64,000 nt of DNA from an uncultured Lachnospiraceae bacterium (GCA_902793845.1 CADBFE010000001.1:19221-83220); one strand, 5' to 3'. Positions 49,986 through 59,977 are shown, numbered from the stretch's first letter. Numbers and translations are program-made. The notes: generated by a model from the sequence alone, not told the origin.

Positions 49986-50186
49986 ATGTGTACAGTAGCA
50001 CAGAATTTAATAAATATTGGCAGAAATGAAGGCCGGATTGAAGGTAGAAACGAAGGCTGGATTGAAGGAAGAAACGAAGAAAAGAAGAATGCAATTGAGC
50101 ACCTCGCCGAATTTTTTGCAAGGAAAAATCCTGAGTTGACGCCTGAACAGGCCAGGGAGATGGCAACTACTGCTCTCAAATATTAA
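49986..50186 (+). CDS. Solo RpnS-like small protein (66 aa) from a 5'-truncated rpn
   Basis: AAGGAGG (49971-77) 8 nt before ATG; MCTVAQNLINIGRNEG identical to the rpn C-terminus, with more EG repeats; rpn homology extends only about 10 codons upstream. Confidence 0.75.
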   Translation: MCTVAQNLINIGRNEGRIEGRNEGWIEGRNEEKKNAIEHLAEFFARKNPELTPEQAREMATTALKY

Positions 50187-50193
50187 CAAAGAC

Positions 50194-50239
50194 AACTAAA
50201 ATAACTGCCGGAACATAGAGCCTGGCGGTTATTTTAGTT
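50194..50239. terminator. Bidirectional terminator
   Basis: AACTAAAATAACTGCC / GGCGGTTATTTTAGTT between convergent genes; homologous to 48499-48536. Confidence 0.75.
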
Positions 50240-50241
50240 TT

Positions 50242-50811
50242 CTAATGCAAATAATCTGTCACTTTATCCATAACACCCAGAATGTTCCGAATATCATCCA
50301 GTGGAGATTCCGTTTCAAGTGAATGATTGGCTTTTTCTACTTTGTATAATTCCAGACCAAGTTCATTGCATTTAGCCTCTGCTACATCCGTACTGAACCA
50401 GGGATCAGCTGTTCCGTGAAAGACAATCCCCACATTTTGTCTTAGTCTGTCAAATGTCTGGGGAACGGGTGTAAATACAATATGTCTCGCCCCCACATTC
50501 AGTTCTCCGTCAAAATATGCAGCGATTGCAGTACCGATGCTTTTGCCTATAAAGAGGATATCATCATACTCATCAAATTGAATCCCTTTGACCTGTTCCT
50601 TGATCTGAGATACAGCAATCTCAAAAGCTTCTTTCATACGAGCCTTATCATTCATTATCTCGCGGGCCTTGTAGGGAAAGTCATATTTTAATTCTACAAT
50701 TTCATATCCCATGCTTCTTGCGATTCTCTTTGAATAATAAAGCAGAGGTTTATCTGTATGATAGCCCATACCGGGAAATACAACTGCAATTTTCTTTTCA
50801 CTCATATCCAT
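50242..50811 (-). CDS. Alpha/beta hydrolase
   Basis: FPGMGY, GKSIGT nucleophile elbow, HGTADPW, ANHSLE. Confidence 0.82.
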   Translation of the reverse strand: MDMSEKKIAVVFPGMGYHTDKPLLYYSKRIARSMGYEIVELKYDFPYKAREIMNDKARMKEAFEIAVSQIKEQVKGIQFDEYDDILFIGKSIGTAIAAYFDGELNVGARHIVFTPVPQTFDRLRQNVGIVFHGTADPWFSTDVAEAKCNELGLELYKVEKANHSLETESPLDDIRNILGVMDKVTDYLH

Positions 50812-50862
50812 ATTCTCTCCATATTTGCAGATATTGAAATATATTACATATTTCTGTCTGAT

Positions 50863-51858
50863 TCAAGATAGGGCAGGTAAGACTTTGCTCTCTATAAATT
50901 CCACACGATCAAAAATCCTTACCTTAAAAGTGCCTGTTATACCGACAGACACATTTTGCCCTTTGTTTATATAAATAATATTTCCACTGTCACCAATTGC
51001 AGCATAGACATCTTTATCATCGTATGGCTGGTACCATAAGTAGCCATAGTTCATGAAGCCAAACTTCTCGCCAAGCTTTATGTGAGATGTCAGCATGTCT
51101 TTTATGTATTCTCCGGAGATGATTCTCCTGCCACCGTAAATTCCGCCATCCAAAACAAGCTTTCCTACAGTAGCCATATCTCTTGCAGACATGCATAATC
51201 CCCAGCCGGCGGTAACACTGCCCTGGGGGTCGGAGTACCACTCATATTTTCTGGGATTCTTATTCATGAAGAAATCAAACTGATCTTCTTTTGAAGAGTC
51301 TCCATGTATAACCCGCCCGGGGAGTCCCAATGGCTCAAACAAATTTTCGTTGGCAAAATCGATGCATTTTTTCCCCGATGCTCTCTCTATTATTCCCGCA
51401 AGTATCTGAATACCAAGAGTTGCATATCTGAATTCGCCGGTTATCCCGTTCCTGCCTCCAAGGTAATCCAGGATTGCCAGAGTCCAGTTCTGCGAAGTGC
51501 ATACCTTTTTCCAAGGCTCTGACTTACCTTTATACGGAGCAGTCATTGTGAGCAGATGCCTGATTGTAACATCATATATAGTTTTCTCACCCCGCTTTAC
51601 AGTATAATCCGGAAAGAAATCCATCACCTTTTGATTCAGATCCCTGATGTATCCTTTATCCAGTGCAATTCCTGCAAGCAGTCCCATAATACCTTTGGTC
51701 ACGGAATTGACATTCATTGCATCTAAAGTGCTGAAACCATGCCAGCAATCTTCAAGCACCACCTCATTATCTTTAATGGCATAGATCTGGCAAATATTAC
51801 TCTCGTTGCCTGTATTTTCAGAAATATACCTGTGTAATTGTTCTTTATTCATAATCAA
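50863..51858 (-). CDS. Serine hydrolase, beta-lactamase/AmpC-like family
   Basis: SVTK (SxxK), TIRHLLTMT, LFEPLG, YGYLW. Confidence 0.85.
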   Translation of the reverse strand: MIMNKEQLHRYISENTGNESNICQIYAIKDNEVVLEDCWHGFSTLDAMNVNSVTKGIMGLLAGIALDKGYIRDLNQKVMDFFPDYTVKRGEKTIYDVTIRHLLTMTAPYKGKSEPWKKVCTSQNWTLAILDYLGGRNGITGEFRYATLGIQILAGIIERASGKKCIDFANENLFEPLGLPGRVIHGDSSKEDQFDFFMNKNPRKYEWYSDPQGSVTAGWGLCMSARDMATVGKLVLDGGIYGGRRIISGEYIKDMLTSHIKLGEKFGFMNYGYLWYQPYDDKDVYAAIGDSGNIIYINKGQNVSVGITGTFKVRIFDRVEFIESKVLPALS

Positions 51859-52181
51859 AAACCTCCTCTTAGAAAAAGATTCGGACGTCCTAAGAAAAGG
51901 CTAATTGAATTAAAAATCTTTTTCAAGAATAATCTTAAATTTTTTAGTATCATATTCCTATAGTATATGTTTTTTATGAATTCATTTATCATGTGGGATA
52001 ATATTAACTGTCGAAAAGGTATAGAATCTGAAGATCAGGTAATCAGAATCACAATAACTGCGGGTATTGAACCCAAGAATAAAAACATCAAGTTTAACAA
52101 ATGGATTGTGGCAGCTGATGAAAAGCTCTATATCGGAAAAACAATGGCAAAAACAGGGCAATAAAATAACCGCCTGAAAAA

Positions 52182-52928
52182 TCACTCCTCAGACTCTACA
52201 ATCTCGTAATCGACCAGTTCGAGATTCAGAGGAAGAGCGGCTGTCGTTAAACTCTCTTGAATATCCCGGGCATCTTCATAAGAATCCAGTCCTGTAATTA
52301 GTAATTGACCGTCGTTAATAGGATCAAAAACTTGGGGACTCATGATAAGCTCCCCGTCAAATACGATATAGGTAGTGTTATCTATATTTTCATTAGTGAA
52401 TTCTGAAAATTTATCGGTGCCTTTATCAGTAAATGAAACTGCTACTCCATAAAAATTATTATAAGTGGAAACATCTTCAATGGCATAGGCATCTTTTACG
52501 TCTTCCCCGGTAAGAGCAGCCTTAAACTCTTCACCCTGTGACCATAAGTTATAGTTTTCTTCATCAAGGATATACAGTTCGCAGCTTCTTCCAAGTTCAT
52601 AGACCAGATCATTCACATCATATTCTTCCGGATCCAGTTCAATTCCAAATGATATCTCATCGTCATTTACAACAAATTCGCTATGGCGTGTGTATTCCGA
52701 TATCCTGTCGGATATGATATCAATTGTTTCTTCAATATCCCTGTCGGAAGGAGTCTTATCGACAATTTTATAAGTTACGATCACACCTTCTTCTATTGTT
52801 TCCTCGGATATCTGTTCTTTCGTATCTTCATTATTGCTTGAGTCATCAGACCCTGAACAAGCAGTAAGAAAAGCGGTCATTATGAGTGAGAGTGCGAGTG
52901 TTGTTTTCTTTTTTGTAGATGATTTCAT
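52182..52928 (-). CDS. Lipoprotein with SecD/SecF P1-head-like domain
   Basis: Lipobox FLTA-C; ALTGEDVKDA, VAVSFTDKGTDKFSEFT..N, IVFDGELIMSP, AALPLNL resemble the SecD periplasmic head; no TM core. Confidence 0.65.
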   Translation of the reverse strand: MKSSTKKKTTLALSLIMTAFLTACSGSDDSSNNEDTKEQISEETIEEGVIVTYKIVDKTPSDRDIEETIDIISDRISEYTRHSEFVVNDDEISFGIELDPEEYDVNDLVYELGRSCELYILDEENYNLWSQGEEFKAALTGEDVKDAYAIEDVSTYNNFYGVAVSFTDKGTDKFSEFTNENIDNTTYIVFDGELIMSPQVFDPINDGQLLITGLDSYEDARDIQESLTTAALPLNLELVDYEIVESEE

Positions 52929-53013
52929 AATATATTAACTCTTTGAATTGAAAAATGCCCGAAAACCTTTGTATATTGGGACTTTCGAGCGTTTATAAGG
53001 CCTTGCGTGAAAC

Positions 53014-53096
53014 TGCCGGCTGCGGGACTTGAACCCGCACGTGGTCACCCACAACAGATTTTGAGTCTGCATCGTCTGCCATTCCGACAAGCCGGC
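53014..53096 (-). tRNA. tRNA-Leu (anticodon CAA)
   Basis: Minus strand: GCCGGCT acceptor, CAGA-CTCAAAA-TCTG anticodon arm, long variable arm, GCGGG-TTCAAGT-CCCGC T arm. Confidence 0.95.
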
Positions 53097-53186
53097 ATAT
53101 GATCCTGACCATTCGGTCAACATCCTTAAGAATGTTAACATAAGAAAACAACAATTACAAGTTTCATTGTGGTATAATTATACCCG

Positions 53187-53555
53187 ATGAAATCGAACTT
53201 AAAATTTACAAACATCAAAAATACAAAGGAAAAAGACTGCCGTGATTACAGGCAGCTCATCACTCCGTTTTTAAACGGAAAACTCTCTTTTGAGAGAAAC
53301 GGAGAGCTCCTCGGCCATGTGGATACATGCGAGAACTGCTATGATGAGCTGAGGACTACATACATGGTCATGGAGGGATTAAAGCGTCTCGAGAGCGGTG
53401 AGGCATTCAACCTCGGAGATGACTTTGGTAAAGTGATGAGAGATGCCAGGGCTGATTATGAAAATATCCGCCTGGCGAGAAAGGTCATGTCTACGGCTCT
53501 GTTTTCTGTCATTATATTTACTTTCGTCATTCTTATGGCAGGACTATTCGGTTAA
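53187..53555 (+). CDS. zf-HC2 (anti-sigma-like zinc finger) membrane protein
   Basis: CRDY...HVDTCENC (HxxxCxxC) and a C-terminal TM helix. Confidence 0.75.
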   Translation: MKSNLKFTNIKNTKEKDCRDYRQLITPFLNGKLSFERNGELLGHVDTCENCYDELRTTYMVMEGLKRLESGEAFNLGDDFGKVMRDARADYENIRLARKVMSTALFSVIIFTFVILMAGLFG

Positions 53556-53584
53556 TCTATTAATATTTTCAAGGGGATATACAT

Positions 53585-56338
53585 TTGGATAAATTATTAT
53601 TACTGGACGGACACAGCATATTAAACAGGGCTTTTTATGGTATGCCCCACATGACCAGCAAGTCGGGACTCCCTACCAATGCGGTATACGGATTTCTCGC
53701 CATTATGTTTAAACTGATAGACAGTGAACAGCCGACCCATATGGCTGTTGCTTTTGATACATCTGCGCCTACTTTCAGGCATGATCTCTATAAGGAATAT
53801 AAAGGAAAACGCTCACCTGCTCCCGATGATTTCAAGGCTCAGGTACCCATGATGAAGGAACTCCTTAAGCTGATGGGTATACTTGTGATTGAAAAGCCCG
53901 GGATTGAAGCTGATGATATCATAGGTACATTTGCAAAGCGTGGCGAGAGCAGAGGGATGGAGGTCATCATTTATTCAGGTGACAAGGATCTCCTCCAGTT
54001 GGTGACTGACAGGATACTCGTCAGGATACCCAAGACATCCAAGGGCACGACTACAGAATATGATTACCATGAAAAAGAGCTGATGGACGAGTATGGCGTC
54101 ACTCCAAAGGGCTTTATTGATTTAAAGGCCATCATGGGTGACTCATCAGATAACTATCAGGGTGTGGAAGGTATCGGAGAAGTAGGTGCCAAAAAACTAC
54201 TGGCAGAATACGGAGACCTGGATAATCTCTATGCCCATGTAAATGAGATAAAGGGCAAGACAGGCGAGAAACTCATCGCCTCAAAGGATAATGCTTATTT
54301 TTGCAGAAAACTGGCAACGATTCTGACTGATGCCGACGTTGAGACAGATTTTGATCTGGCACAGTTTGGCGATATCTATACAGCTGAGGCTAGAGAGCGC
54401 CTGACCGAGTGGAATATTTCCAATTTCCTGAACAGGTTTACAAATACTGATGTCAGGGACGATGATCGTACCCAAAAGATACTGGCCGGTATAACTGAGA
54501 TTAAATCAAAAAAAGAAATGTCTGACATGTTTGACGGAGCTCTAAAGGAGCCGGTGATAGGCGTCAGTGTATTAAAGGACGGTACTGCGGACTCTAATGA
54601 GGAGGAGAGCGGCCAGATGTCCCTCTTTGCAAGTGAAGAACACGCAGGCCGTATGGTTATAGCCGTTGCATTCTTAAGCGGCGCTACATATTTTGCTGAC
54701 AGTAAGGTGACGGGATGTGAACTCATAAAAGAAGGCCTTAAAAACCTTTATGATAATAATGTACTGATAGTAACAGGCGATATGAAGGAATATCTCCACG
54801 CCAGTGAGCTTGACGGTGTATATGCACGTGATATGTCAAAACATTTCTTTGACGTATCGATTGCGGCATATGTCCTCAATCCTCTTAAGTCAGAGCCGGC
54901 AGTTAAAAATATAGCCCAGTGGTATATGAATATCTATACCCCTGAGTATGATCTGAAGCCTGATAAAAAAATGGATGTCAGCGCTGCCACGAGGCCCGTT
55001 GCATTTTTATCGGATTATAAGCATGACGATTTTGTAAAGAGCACGTCTCTTGACGCTGCCCTTTCGTTATCCCTGATGGATATATTAAAGAGCAGTCTTG
55101 ATAAAGACGGAGAACTTGACCTCTATCTTGATATTGAGCTGCCTACAGCATACGTACTTTATACAATGGAAAAGATCGGTATGCCCATGGTTGTATCCGA
55201 GTTAAAGGCATACGGGGAGGAACTATCTGGCTCGATTGAGGCTATCGAGAAAAAGATACTGGATGCCGCAGGTGAGACAAAAGAGACATTTAATATCAAT
55301 TCCCCCAAGCAGCTCGGTGAACTCTTGTTTGAGCGAATGGGCCTCGAGGGAGGGAAAAAGACCAAGACGGGATATTCCACAAGTGCGGAAGTCCTCGAAA
55401 AACTGGCTGTGGACAATCCAATCTGCAGAGATATACTCGAGTACAGGACCCTGGCAAAACTAAAGAGTACATACGTGGAGGGATTATCTGATGCATGCTC
55501 GTCAGATGGCCGTATACATTCAACCTTTAACCAGACAGTTACGGCGACGGGACGACTGTCGTCCAACGATCCCAATCTTCAGAACATACCGACGAGATAC
55601 GAGCTCGGACGCAAACTGCGTAAAGTATTTGTTGCCGGAGAGGGCAGGGTATTTTGCGACGCGGACTATTCCCAGATAGAGCTCCGGCTCCTCGCCGCTT
55701 TTTCAAAAGATCCGGATCTCATAAATGCCTATAAGGAAAACGAAGATATACACAGGATCACGGCTTCAAAGGTATTTCATGTACCGTTCGATGAGGTCAC
55801 TGATTTAATGAGACGAAATGCCAAGGCAGTAAACTTTGGTATAGTCTACGGTATCAGCTCTTTTGGATTATCCCAGGATCTCTCGATCACCAGGGAAGAG
55901 GCAAAACAGTATATTGATGATTACTTTAAGACATATCCGGCCATAAAGGAGTACCTGGACGGGGTCAAGGCCGATGCAAAGGAAAAGGGATATTCCGTAA
56001 CGCTCTTTGGCAGACGCAGACCTATCCCGGAACTAAAGGACAGCAACTTTATGCGCAGACAGTTTGGCGAGAGAGTCGCCATGAATGCGCCTCTCCAGGG
56101 ATCGGCGGCAGATATCATGAAGATCGCCATGATAAATGTCCATGACAGACTGTTAAAGGACGGACTTAAATCAAAAATAGTGCTCCAGGTCCATGACGAG
56201 CTCCTGATAGAAACTCTTGAGAGCGAAAAGGACCGGGTCCTTACCGTATTGAGGGAGGAGATGGAGAGCGCAGCTGATCTGCCGGTAAAACTCGAGGTAT
56301 CCGAGTCATCGGGAGCAAACTGGTATGAGGCCAAATAG
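53585..56338 (+). CDS. polA: DNA polymerase I
   Basis: LLLDGHSILNRAFY (5'-3' exonuclease), TGRLSSNDPNLQNIP, ADYSQIELR, AKAVNFGIVYG, LQVHDEL. Confidence 0.98.
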   Translation: MDKLLLLDGHSILNRAFYGMPHMTSKSGLPTNAVYGFLAIMFKLIDSEQPTHMAVAFDTSAPTFRHDLYKEYKGKRSPAPDDFKAQVPMMKELLKLMGILVIEKPGIEADDIIGTFAKRGESRGMEVIIYSGDKDLLQLVTDRILVRIPKTSKGTTTEYDYHEKELMDEYGVTPKGFIDLKAIMGDSSDNYQGVEGIGEVGAKKLLAEYGDLDNLYAHVNEIKGKTGEKLIASKDNAYFCRKLATILTDADVETDFDLAQFGDIYTAEARERLTEWNISNFLNRFTNTDVRDDDRTQKILAGITEIKSKKEMSDMFDGALKEPVIGVSVLKDGTADSNEEESGQMSLFASEEHAGRMVIAVAFLSGATYFADSKVTGCELIKEGLKNLYDNNVLIVTGDMKEYLHASELDGVYARDMSKHFFDVSIAAYVLNPLKSEPAVKNIAQWYMNIYTPEYDLKPDKKMDVSAATRPVAFLSDYKHDDFVKSTSLDAALSLSLMDILKSSLDKDGELDLYLDIELPTAYVLYTMEKIGMPMVVSELKAYGEELSGSIEAIEKKILDAAGETKETFNINSPKQLGELLFERMGLEGGKKTKTGYSTSAEVLEKLAVDNPICRDILEYRTLAKLKSTYVEGLSDACSSDGRIHSTFNQTVTATGRLSSNDPNLQNIPTRYELGRKLRKVFVAGEGRVFCDADYSQIELRLLAAFSKDPDLINAYKENEDIHRITASKVFHVPFDEVTDLMRRNAKAVNFGIVYGISSFGLSQDLSITREEAKQYIDDYFKTYPAIKEYLDGVKADAKEKGYSVTLFGRRRPIPELKDSNFMRRQFGERVAMNAPLQGSAADIMKIAMINVHDRLLKDGLKSKIVLQVHDELLIETLESEKDRVLTVLREEMESAADLPVKLEVSESSGANWYEAK

Positions 56339-56356
56339 ATCCGGAGGCACATAAAT

Positions 56357-56956
56357 ATGATATCCATAGGTATAACAGGCGGTGTCGGAACCGGTAAAAG
56401 TGAGGCTCTGGCATATCTTAAAGATAAATACGGAGCGTTCATTCTGCTGGCCGATGAGGCAGCCCGGATGCTTGAAGAGAAAGGGATGCCTTGCTATAAT
56501 AGTTTAGTTAAGGTATTTGGCGATGTTATCCTCGATGAAGCAGGTGAAATCGACAAAAAGAAATTTGCCGATATCATATTTTCGGACAGTGAAAATGTCA
56601 AAAAAGTTAATGGCATAATCCATCCTGCTGTCAAAGAATATATATTAAACAGGATGGCTCTTGAGGAAAAAAACGGCTGCAGGATATTTATTCTGGAAGC
56701 AGCGCTTTTAATTGAAAACGGATATGGCGAAATCCTTGATGAGCTCTGGTATATTCATACATTTCCTAAGGTGAGAGCAAAGAGGCTAAGGGAAAGCAGG
56801 GGATACTCAGATGAAAAAATCCGGGATATCATGTCCCATCAGCTCTCTGAAAAAGAGTTTATCGCAGGATGTGACAGGGTGATAGAAAATAACGGTACAA
56901 CAGAAGAACTCCGCCAAAATATAGATAAGTGCGTAGCAGAAGTATTAAAGGCATAA
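56357..56956 (+). CDS. coaE: Dephospho-CoA kinase
   Basis: GITGGVGTGKS, IIHPAVK, EAALLIE; follows polA. Confidence 0.93.
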   Translation: MISIGITGGVGTGKSEALAYLKDKYGAFILLADEAARMLEEKGMPCYNSLVKVFGDVILDEAGEIDKKKFADIIFSDSENVKKVNGIIHPAVKEYILNRMALEEKNGCRIFILEAALLIENGYGEILDELWYIHTFPKVRAKRLRESRGYSDEKIRDIMSHQLSEKEFIAGCDRVIENNGTTEELRQNIDKCVAEVLKA

Positions 56957-56978
56957 ACAGAGGGAGATTTTTGATTTA

Positions 56979-59177
56979 ATGAGCGAAGAAAAGAATCAGG
57001 GACAATATGTATTTGGTCTTGATATCGGTACCAGAAGTATAGTAGGTACCGTCGGTTTCCGTGAGGGAGACATGTTTAACGTGGTAGCTCAGGTAGTAAA
57101 GGAGCATACGACGAGAGCCATGCTCGACGGACAGATCCATGATATCGGCGCTGTCGGCAATACGATAAATGCTGTCAAAAAAGCCCTTGAGAAAAAACTG
57201 GGTATCAAACTGACAGATGTATGTATAGCTGCCGCAGGACGAGTACTCCGTACCATCGAGACCCATGTAGACTGGGAACTTGATAAAGAGACAGTCATCA
57301 CCCCTGAGGAGATAGCTGCACTCACATCCATGGGTATTGAGAAAGCATACGAGCAGTTTCAGGAGACAAACGATACGGGACTTAAGTTTTACTGTGTCGG
57401 CAACTCCGTGATCAGATATTATTTAAACAATTACCAGATAGGTAATCTTGAAAATCATAAAGCAAAGACAATAGGAGAGGACATCATAGCGACTTTCCTC
57501 CCCGATGATGTTGTGGATGGTCTCTACAGAGCAGTTGAGATAGCAGGACTGACAGTTGTAAATATGACTCTCGAGCCTATTGCAGCCATTACTGTAGCTA
57601 TCCCCGAGATGTACAGGATGCTCAACATCGCCCTTGTGGACGTAGGCGCCGGTACATCCGATATCTGTATTACAAAAGACGGCTGTATCGTAGCTTATGG
57701 CATGATACCTTCTGCCGGTGACGGCCTCACGGAGGTGGTTGCCAAAAACTGTCTGGTTGACTTTGACACAGCAGAAAAGATCAAGCGCGGCATAGCTACA
57801 AAGACGACAGTTGAATACAAAGATATAATGGGCCTCCCCCAAAAGGCTGAGCGCAAAAATATATTAAAGCTCCTCGATGATCATATCGATACCATGACAA
57901 AAGATGTATCAGACAAGATCATGGAATTAAACGGTGGCAAGCCTGTCAGCGCCGTATTTGTAGTCGGCGGAGGCGGCAAGATAGCCGGATATACAAAGAA
58001 ACTGGCCGGTCACCTCGGCATCCCTGAGGAGAGATGTGCTATCCGCGGCGAGGAAGTCATGCAAAAGATCAGGTTCAGGGAGAAGATCAAGAAGGATTCC
58101 CTCCTTGTCACACCTATCGGAATCTGCCTTAACTACTACGACCAGAGCAATAACTTTATATATGTCACATTTAATGATGAGCGTATAAAACTTTACAATA
58201 ATAATTCCGTAGCAGTCGTTGATGCGGCCATGCATGCATCATTTCCCAATGACAGACTGTTTCCCAGAAGGGGCCCGGAGATCAATTACAGCGTAAACGG
58301 TGTGAGCCGTATCGCCAGAGGTCAGCTGGGAGAGCCTGCCGTGATCACAGTCAACGGCGAGGAAGTGGATATACATCATGAGATCAAGGCCAACGATGTC
58401 ATCGTCGTAAAGGATTCCACCATGGGACCTGCCGCAGTACTCCCGATATCCAAGATACCTGAGGTGAAGTCGACCATAACAGTAAAGGTCAATGGCAGCA
58501 AGATACTGCTCCCGAGACTCGTGGTCGTAAACGGCGAGCCAAAGAGTGTATATTATGACGTGCAGGACGGGGACAAGATAGTCCTCCCTGATTTCTATAC
58601 AGTAAAGCAGGTCAGGGAATTCATGGATGTCACACTTGATGAGACCATGACAGTGGTAGTAAACAACGAGGATGCTGACGATAATACTCTCGTATATGAC
58701 AACTTTACTATAGAGTGGGCTCTTAAGTCCGAGTCAAAGGGCAAAAAGAAAAAGCCTACAAAGACGGCAAAGGCCATGGCAGATGAGGATTCATTTGAAA
58801 ACCTCCCCGACTCCACTCCTGAGGAAATAGAAGAGACCAGGAGAAAGTCAGAGGAAAAGAATGCATCCATAAAAGCTGAAAAAGAAGCCGGAGAAAAAGA
58901 GGCTAAAGACGCTGAAGCTGATGACAGTAATGAGCCGGCGCCCGAAGAAAATGAAGAGAAAAAAGAGATAAGAGATCTGCATATTACCGTAAATAAAAAG
59001 CCGGTAACCCTTAAAGGCAAGGCTGAGTATGTATTTGTCGATGTGTTTGACGTAATTAATTTTGACACAAAGAATGTGAAGGGCAAAGTCCTCGTCACAA
59101 ACTTAAACGGCAAAACAGCTGAGTACCTGAAAGTGTTATCAGAAGGCGATGTGCTCGATATCTATTGGGAAAACTGA
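56979..59177 (+). CDS. FtsA/PilM-like actin-fold ATPase with C-terminal beta-grasp-like repeats
   Basis: GLDIGTRS, LEPIAA, VDVGAGTSD, VVGGGG; C-terminal repeated ITVNG...GDxI modules. Confidence 0.75.
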   Translation: MSEEKNQGQYVFGLDIGTRSIVGTVGFREGDMFNVVAQVVKEHTTRAMLDGQIHDIGAVGNTINAVKKALEKKLGIKLTDVCIAAAGRVLRTIETHVDWELDKETVITPEEIAALTSMGIEKAYEQFQETNDTGLKFYCVGNSVIRYYLNNYQIGNLENHKAKTIGEDIIATFLPDDVVDGLYRAVEIAGLTVVNMTLEPIAAITVAIPEMYRMLNIALVDVGAGTSDICITKDGCIVAYGMIPSAGDGLTEVVAKNCLVDFDTAEKIKRGIATKTTVEYKDIMGLPQKAERKNILKLLDDHIDTMTKDVSDKIMELNGGKPVSAVFVVGGGGKIAGYTKKLAGHLGIPEERCAIRGEEVMQKIRFREKIKKDSLLVTPIGICLNYYDQSNNFIYVTFNDERIKLYNNNSVAVVDAAMHASFPNDRLFPRRGPEINYSVNGVSRIARGQLGEPAVITVNGEEVDIHHEIKANDVIVVKDSTMGPAAVLPISKIPEVKSTITVKVNGSKILLPRLVVVNGEPKSVYYDVQDGDKIVLPDFYTVKQVREFMDVTLDETMTVVVNNEDADDNTLVYDNFTIEWALKSESKGKKKKPTKTAKAMADEDSFENLPDSTPEEIEETRRKSEEKNASIKAEKEAGEKEAKDAEADDSNEPAPEENEEKKEIRDLHITVNKKPVTLKGKAEYVFVDVFDVINFDTKNVKGKVLVTNLNGKTAEYLKVLSEGDVLDIYWEN

Positions 59178-59977
59178 TAATGAGAACCATGAGCATAGCC
59201 AGCGGCTCGAGCGGCAATTCGATATATATGGGTACGGACAATACCCATCTGCTCGTAGACACAGGCGTCAGCAAAAAGAAAATAGAAGAAGGCCTTAAGA
59301 AACTGGAACTGTCCGGTATGGATATAAACGGTATACTGCTTACCCATGAACATACCGATCACATCGGCGGACTGGGCGTGTTTCTGCGAAAATATCCCGT
59401 GCCTGTATATGGTACAAAGGGTACGATAGAGGCTACATTAAGATACAGCAAGCTGGGACCAGTCGATCCGGAGCTTTTTATACCGATTGAGTATGACGAG
59501 ATATTTACTATCGGAGATATTGATATAAAGCCTGTTAAGATATGTCACGATGCAGCGCAGCCCAGCGCATTCCGATTTGAGAGCGGAGATAAAAAGAGCG
59601 CTGTCATGACTGACCTTGGCTGCTACAATGATTACATAGTAGATGCCATTAAAGGGCTCGATACAGTGTATATAGAAGCAAATCATGATATCAGGATGCT
59701 TGAACTGGGGCCCTACTCGTACGATTTAAAGAGACGTATTCTGTCATCATACGGGCATCTGTCCAATGAGATGTCAGGAAAACTCCTTGACAGTATACTC
59801 CATGACGGCATCAAGCATATAGTGCTCAGCCATCTCAGCAAGGAAAACAATCTGCCGGAGCTGGCTTTTGAGACTGTACGATCTGAGGTAAATATGTCAG
59901 AGAGCAAGTACTGCATGGATGATTTTCATCTGATGGTCGCAAAACGTGACTGCCCGTCCGAGATACTGTGTTTTTAA
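59165..59977 (+). CDS. Metallo-beta-lactamase-fold exonuclease (YycJ/WalJ-like)
   Basis: SGSSGN, THEHTDH, EANHD, GHLSN, LSHLSKENN. Confidence 0.88.
   Translation: MGKLIMRTMSIASGSSGNSIYMGTDNTHLLVDTGVSKKKIEEGLKKLELSGMDINGILLTHEHTDHIGGLGVFLRKYPVPVYGTKGTIEATLRYSKLGPVDPELFIPIEYDEIFTIGDIDIKPVKICHDAAQPSAFRFESGDKKSAVMTDLGCYNDYIVDAIKGLDTVYIEANHDIRMLELGPYSYDLKRRILSSYGHLSNEMSGKLLDSILHDGIKHIVLSHLSKENNLPELAFETVRSEVNMSESKYCMDDFHLMVAKRDCPSEILCF

Larger units (their letters stand above)
33604..53013. mobile_element. AT-rich accessory/defence island abutting the 3' end of tRNA-Leu (no integrase visible)
   Basis: Compositional shift (strongest about 35.1-47.6 kb), retron, Rpn, duplicated and relic genes; right edge at the tRNA-Leu 3' end. 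No attL duplicate or integrase found; boundaries approximate. Confidence 0.6.

Noticed and set aside
51967-52164. 65-aa plus-strand ORF
   Set aside because: No RBS or motif; lies in an AT-rich intergenic gap with an equally unconvincing antisense ORF.
52935-53141. 68-aa minus-strand ORF
   Set aside because: It overlaps tRNA-Leu; shadow ORF.
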